DNA of 32,000 nucleotides. It comes from Candidatus Scalindua sp. (GTDB taxonomy: Bacteria; Planctomycetota; Brocadiia; Brocadiales; Scalinduaceae). The notes beneath the pieces are model-generated. The model searched no databases, had not been told where the DNA came from, and saw nothing but the letters and a program-made list of their open reading frames with translations. The stretch is from positions 840,001 to 872,000 of the forward strand of contig JALDRA010000001.1 of assembly GCA_031316235.1 (NCBI GenBank), read 5' to 3'. A program made the position numbers and the translations under genes. Below are positions 27,025 to 32,000 of this stretch, in pieces. The first letter of the stretch is position 1; the number at the start of each line of letters is the position of its first letter.

Positions 27025-27840
27025 TTAACTCCTCCTTATCCGGTATCTTTCAATGAATCTCTCGAAACTCTCTGGTGTATCAACACCCTCACAGGTATAG
27101 GGCGTGACAAGAACCTTGATTTTATACCCATTTGACAGCACTCTCAGTTGTTCCAGTTTCTCAGCATCCTCTAACCCTGTTGAGCAGAGCGAGGAAAATT
27201 TCAACAAAAAATCCTTACGATACATGTAAATACCAAGGTGCTTGAGAAAGGAAAAATTTGTCTTCTTTCCCCCTTGAATTTCTTCTTCTCTCTTCTCACT
27301 TGATGTAAATTCAAAGCGGTTATCGTTGTCCCTAACATGGGGAATAGGCGCTCTTGAAAAATACATAGCGTAATTATCATCATTGAGAACAATTTTGACA
27401 ACGTTTGGATCCAGGAATTCATCTTGAGACGTTATTACATTCGCCAAGGTACAAACCACAGCCTCCTTTTCCGCATACATCGTCTCAACCAATGCATCAA
27501 TCATATTACCTCTTATGTCAGGTTCATCCCCCTGAACATTGACAACATAGTCCACATCCAGATGAGATGCTACCTCAGCAATTCTGTCAGTTCCCGATTC
27601 ATGATGCGAAGAAGTCATTCTCACAGACCCCGAGAAGGTATTTACGGCCTCAACAATACGTTCATCATCAGTTGCAATAATCACCTCTTGAATGTGTTTC
27701 GAGGTTTTTACCTTTTCGTATACATGCTCAATAAGGAATTTCCCTGTATACCTCTTTGCCTCGTGTTTAATCAGCTTGCCGGGAAGCCTTGTTGAACCGT
27801 ATCGAGCAGGGATAATGGCTATGGTTTTAAATGTATCCAT
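27025..27840 (-). CDS. kdsB: 3-deoxy-manno-octulosonate cytidylyltransferase (CMP-KDO synthetase)
   Basis: IAIIPARYGSTRLPGKLI and NVQGDEP motifs. Appears to carry an acidic/basic insertion of about 25 aa (SSEKREEEIQGGKKTNF). I prefer the ATG at 27840 to the TTG at 27855. Confidence 0.85.
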   Translation of the reverse strand: MDTFKTIAIIPARYGSTRLPGKLIKHEAKRYTGKFLIEHVYEKVKTSKHIQEVIIATDDERIVEAVNTFSGSVRMTSSHHESGTDRIAEVASHLDVDYVVNVQGDEPDIRGNMIDALVETMYAEKEAVVCTLANVITSQDEFLDPNVVKIVLNDDNYAMYFSRAPIPHVRDNDNRFEFTSSEKREEEIQGGKKTNFSFLKHLGIYMYRKDFLLKFSSLCSTGLEDAEKLEQLRVLSNGYKIKVLVTPYTCEGVDTPESFERFIERYRIRRS

Positions 27841-27927
27841 TGAATGCGATAGCAAAGGAATTGAGCAGTAACACTGCCTCTTTTTATGAGAAGCACTGTC
27901 ATGAATGGTATTCTATATGGTTAGACT

Positions 27928-28848
27928 TTACAGATCAGGTAAATACTTCTTGATTTCAGCAGTTTCAACCAGGTTTAAAAGCCAGGGTCCGACTCTTTGT
28001 TGCACCTTTATCGCCGTTACCAGTTCCTGAAGTTCATCTCTTACTTCACTGAATTTCTTCATACTTCTCGGTATCCGGTTTTCAATCTTCAAGATATGAT
28101 ACCCTTTGTCAGTCTTAACAATCTGGCTTATTTCTCCTTTTTTTAAATCCTTTACCGCATGCCCGAGAATTCCATGGGAACCGAACGGACGCATCTCCCC
28201 CCCGCGTGAAGCAGAATTCCTATCGACAGAATTCTTCTTGGCCAACGCCTCAAAGTCAACCCCGGTTTTGATACTGTCAATTATCTTCTCAGCATCCCGC
28301 ATCGTACGCAGTACAATCTGCCGCGCTATGACCTTTTCACCGTATTGATCCTCATAAGCCTCAAGCAACTCATCGTCAGTTACCTCAACTGTTTTCCTTA
28401 TAATTTTTTCCGCCATCAGTTCGGCTTCCACCTGTTCATTCGTAAGTCTGAAGGCCTGAACTATATTCTCCCGATACTTTTCCAGAGTGACCCCTGCCTT
28501 TTCAAGCTCCTGAGAAAATTCTTTATCATCCTTCAGACCAGCTTTCTGCATCTGTCGCCTTATCTCTCCATCAATGAGCTCATCAATTCTTTTCTTTATC
28601 TCTCCTTTTGCCACGGTAACTTTACTTCTTTCAGCTTCCTGCCTTACAAGAGTTCTTCTTATCAGCTGTTCCAGACCTTCTCTACCGTAAGTTTTTATAA
28701 GCAGGTCTGCAAGATCATCACGGCCAAGCTTTTGCTTATTCACCTCTGCAACTATGTTATCATCCCCCTGAACGAAAAAAGGGAAAACCATGCTATAAAC
28801 AGTCAGGGTTAGAAATATTGTACTGATTATGACAGATCTGTTATTCAT
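27928..28848 (-). CDS. Exported parvulin-type peptidyl-prolyl isomerase (SurA/PrsA-like)
   Basis: N-terminal signal/anchor, chaperone-like helical region, and a C-terminal parvulin domain (ARQIVL...FEALAKKNSVD...GGEMRPF...KGYHILKIE). Confidence 0.8.
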   Translation of the reverse strand: MNNRSVIISTIFLTLTVYSMVFPFFVQGDDNIVAEVNKQKLGRDDLADLLIKTYGREGLEQLIRRTLVRQEAERSKVTVAKGEIKKRIDELIDGEIRRQMQKAGLKDDKEFSQELEKAGVTLEKYRENIVQAFRLTNEQVEAELMAEKIIRKTVEVTDDELLEAYEDQYGEKVIARQIVLRTMRDAEKIIDSIKTGVDFEALAKKNSVDRNSASRGGEMRPFGSHGILGHAVKDLKKGEISQIVKTDKGYHILKIENRIPRSMKKFSEVRDELQELVTAIKVQQRVGPWLLNLVETAEIKKYLPDL

Positions 28849-28987
28849 AATTTACAATTTCCTAAAAAATATGTATTCTGAATATGAAAAATAAATAGTA
28901 AAAACAACCGAATGTTTAACAACCGGCACATCAGCAATATACCATTACCAAGGAAGGAGAGAAGGATACATGAATTTCCAAACGGGT

Positions 28988-29016
28988 ACAATACCATGGT
29001 ATAACTCAAGTGTCAA
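28988..29016 (-). promoter_or_regulatory. Candidate sigma70 promoter for the PPIase gene
   Basis: The minus strand reads TTGACA (29016..29011), 17-nt spacer, TATTGT (28993..28988). Confidence 0.3.
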
Positions 29017-29196
29017 CTTCATTTTATACTTGGTTTTTCCACTTGGTTTGCAGGGATGTGTGTGTTAATCGAAATCTCATTATAATGATAATTGTCAACA
29101 CACCCATCGAGGCGGAATCAGGAGAAGGGATCAGTGCAACTCCATGAGAATGAATCTGATGGAAAGAGAACAGAGAGGTAATATTCAGTGACCCTT

Positions 29197-29553
29197 TTAC
29201 GGGATCTCTCCCAAATTGAATAAAATCTCAAGTTTTTTGTTGAATTTTAATGCCACACCATACTTTTTCTTTTTCTGGGAATCTTCAACGATAACGCTCC
29301 TGATAACTTCTCCGCTGCCGCCGAGTCGAATTGTTCTGCTGGGAAGCATAGGAGAAGAAGTTTTTGCTAATATTTCAAAATCGATTCTCTTACCCAGTTG
29401 AAACTGCTCTCTATTTTCCATTGTAACCTCAAAATAGACACCTGTTGAACTGATATTCGTTGACTCAATTTTTTTATTAAGCAGCATTATTGGAAGAGAG
29501 AGCCCTAATCTTCTGTAATGACGTTTCTCTTTGCCTTCAAAAGGATCTGTCAT
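29197..29553 (-). CDS. Stand-alone PilZ-domain protein (putative c-di-GMP receptor)
   Basis: 118 aa with an RxxxR motif (RHYRR) and a downstream N-x-S-x-x-G motif (NISSTG). Confidence 0.7.
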   Translation of the reverse strand: MTDPFEGKEKRHYRRLGLSLPIMLLNKKIESTNISSTGVYFEVTMENREQFQLGKRIDFEILAKTSSPMLPSRTIRLGGSGEVIRSVIVEDSQKKKKYGVALKFNKKLEILFNLGEIP

Positions 29554-30013
29554 GATTTTTTTTCTTTCTTATGTTTTTGGTTTCCCGATTAAAAAGTATT
29601 AAATGCTTTTAAGAATAGAAACAATTTCCCCGTTGATGGAATAAACACCTTACAGAAAAAAGTTATGCATCAATCAAAAATTGGTGTCTATCTACATAAC
29701 AACTACAATGCCATAGTACCCTGATTTCACAGTTTCCATGTAAGCTCTTGTTATATTGAAGCTTACAAATTGTCTGTTTCCCGGATCACACCAGATCAAA
29801 GACCCGTTATAAAGAAATCGTGTTCACTAAAACGAACTTAAAAAACCTGATAGCTGTTAGTTGAAACTTAAGGAGTGTTAAATATAGGGCTTATGAAAAT
29901 TTGGAGATGTTGAATTTCTGCAGCATTTATTCAACTAAAGCTGACAAAAAGCTCTGAACATCGGATGGATTTTGGACTGGCTGTATGGTTGTGTTGCTGA
30001 ACTGGCTGTTCCA

Positions 30014-30652
30014 TTATGCCTGGTCACTTACGTTCCTGCCGTACCTCTCAAGATACATCAGCTTGTCGATACTTAATCTCGGCCTGGGGGAAGGATCCTC
30101 ATCCGGAACACCAAGAGGTAAAAGTGCCATAACTTCGACAGTTTCAGGAATTTCGAGGATCTTTTTCACTCTGTTGTCGTCATACCATCGAACCCAACAA
30201 GTTCCCAGACCTAATTCTACTGCTCTGAGAACAATATGTTCGACTGCGATAGATACATTTGTCGCCGCCGCTGCAACAAGATCCTCCTTTTTGACAGTAC
30301 GCATGCCCTTCTCCAGATAAGGGATAAATTTCTCCCTCGTCCTTACCGGAAGTGCTCCTGATTCTATCAGTTCATCTACCCGGGCTGAAAATTCCTTAAA
30401 AGCACTCAAATCCGCGCAACAAACAATTACGACAGGAGCCCTTCTGATGTATCTCTGGTTGTGTGCCGCCTCTTGCAATTCCTTTTTGGTTTCATCATCT
30501 TTTACTATGACAAATCGCCATGGCTGTGTATTCGTTCCAGACGGGGCCAACCTGGCACTTTCAATTAATTCCCTGATTGTTTCATCCGGCACAGGATCAG
30601 GTTTAAATCTTCTTATACTCCTACGTCTTTTTATGGCTTCACTTACGTCCAT
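30014..30652 (-). CDS. Nitroreductase-family FMN oxidoreductase
   Basis: RRSIRRFKPDPVPDE...ARLAPSGTNTQPWRFVIV N-terminal signature, 212 aa. Confidence 0.85.
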   Translation of the reverse strand: MDVSEAIKRRRSIRRFKPDPVPDETIRELIESARLAPSGTNTQPWRFVIVKDDETKKELQEAAHNQRYIRRAPVVIVCCADLSAFKEFSARVDELIESGALPVRTREKFIPYLEKGMRTVKKEDLVAAAATNVSIAVEHIVLRAVELGLGTCWVRWYDDNRVKKILEIPETVEVMALLPLGVPDEDPSPRPRLSIDKLMYLERYGRNVSDQA

Positions 30653-30896
30653 GATATCTCCCGCGTTAAAATCAGAACTTCTCCGTTACAGGCAATAATG
30701 AGAAAGAAAAAAACAGTATTCCCTGGTTATTTGCAACTGGAAAATTACCAGCTATAAACATAAGGTTGACTATTTTAGGGGATAAAATATAATAATCAAT
30801 AAATACTTACTCTTTTCCGTCAAAAGCAGAAAACAGACATAACCAGCCGCACGTAACGATTTAAACACACTGATTTACACGGTACCTGTACAGAGA

Positions 30897-32000
30897 TGAT
30901 TTGTATCCCAATTACGGCCAGAAGCACAGAAGAAGTTATTCCTGAATTGGCAAAAGCCCAGAAACATGCCGATATAATAGAACTTCGCATCGATTTTTTT
31001 CAAGACATGCATGATGCAGAACTCTGTCTGGAGAAATTATCGAAGAAATGCCCCAAACCGGTAATTGTCACAAACAGACCGGAAAGAGAAGGGGGTGGCT
31101 TTACCGATAGTGAACCGGAGAGAATTAGGTTACTCCAGAAGGCTATAGATTTAAGATTCGAATATGTTGATGTTGAATATGATTCCATGAGACACATTGT
31201 CAGGCGGGGTTCCACTAAAATCATTGCATCCTACCATAATTTTCAGGAAACACCCCATGATATAAACAACATTTATGATAAAATCTCTCATTCGAAACCG
31301 GACATTGTAAAGATTGTCACATACGCTCAGGATATCACGGACAACATTAGAATTTTTGAACTGTTAAAGATCGCACACCTTCCTCTTATATCCTTCTGCA
31401 TGGGTGAAAACGGCCACATAAGCAGGATTCTTTCCAGGAAATTCGGAGGGTTTCTGACATTTGCATCACTCGGTAAAGGCAAGGAATCTGCCCCGGGACA
31501 GTTGACGGTTGAAGAGATCACCGGTATCTATCATTTTAAAAAGATAAACAGAGAAACAAAAGTATATGGCATCGTTGGAAACCCTGTTTCCCATAGTATG
31601 AGCCCGGCAATACACAACGCCTCATTCATTGAAAAAGGCCTCAATAGTGTTTATGTCCCTTTGAATGTCCTGGATATTGAATCCTTTGTAAGGGAATTCA
31701 AAAAAATCAATATCCAGGGATTCAGCATCACCATACCACACAAAGAGACCATCTTACCATTTCTGGATGATATAGATTGTACTGCCGAAAAAATCGGAGC
31801 AATCAATACTGTTGTGAACAAAAACGGTAGATTCAAGGGCTACAACACTGACAGCATGGCAGCAATACAAGGATTGGCAAACAGCATGAACAGCAACGAA
31901 AAACATCGTACTAAAGTTGCCCTTATCGGGGCAGGAGGAGCAGCAAGGGCAATAGCATATGGCCTTAAAAAAGAGGGCTATGACATAACCATTTATAACC
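30897..32000 (+). CDS. aroDE: Bifunctional 3-dehydroquinate dehydratase (type I) / shikimate dehydrogenase; 3' end beyond the window
   Basis: Not in the supplied ORF track because it is open at the window end. My translation from the ATG at 30897 gives MICIPITARSTEEV...IELRIDFF...IIASYHNF (AroD type I), then VYGIVGNPVSHSMSPAIHNA...GFSITIPHKE...GYNTD...ALIGAGGAARA (AroE). Confidence 0.85.

Overview
Moderately AT-rich bacterial chromosomal window, densely packed with housekeeping genes, most on the minus strand: fabI, rsmA/ksgA, flavodoxin, pdxA, ribE, psd, eno, ftsB, proA, class I fumarase, pyrG, kdsB, a parvulin PPIase, a nitroreductase and an aroD-aroE fusion. I saw no rRNA, tRNA or CRISPR array. 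Six things stand out. (1) The left edge carries an integron-type tyrosine recombinase with the IntI-specific insertion. It is followed on the same strand by two 122-bp direct repeats that bracket a hicB-hicA toxin-antitoxin module. The second repeat is the left arm of a 312-bp imperfect palindrome with GTTGAAC/GTTCAAC termini that abuts the fabI stop codon. This is integron-like but does not fit canonical attI/attC architecture, and it is the most novel-looking locus here. (2) A two-hairpin, MITE-like intergenic element flanked by TA occurs five times, as full, variant, half and 29-bp mini forms, with a compensatory base-pair change between copies. (3) A sensor kinase and sigma54-type response regulator operon sits upstream of an exported YVTN beta-propeller and a dihaem CCP/MauG-family cytochrome c. 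A candidate -24/-12 promoter lies between them. (4) A PEP mutase fused to a nucleotidyltransferase has no other phosphonate genes nearby. (5) Two overlapping half-size ferritin-like ORFs meet at an A8 tract. (6) Two promoters are positioned as if for leaderless mRNAs. Gene content and the propeller/dihaem pair are compatible with a planctomycete or anammox-type genome, but I cannot verify taxonomy from sequence alone. All coordinates and alignments were worked out by hand; no database search was possible.
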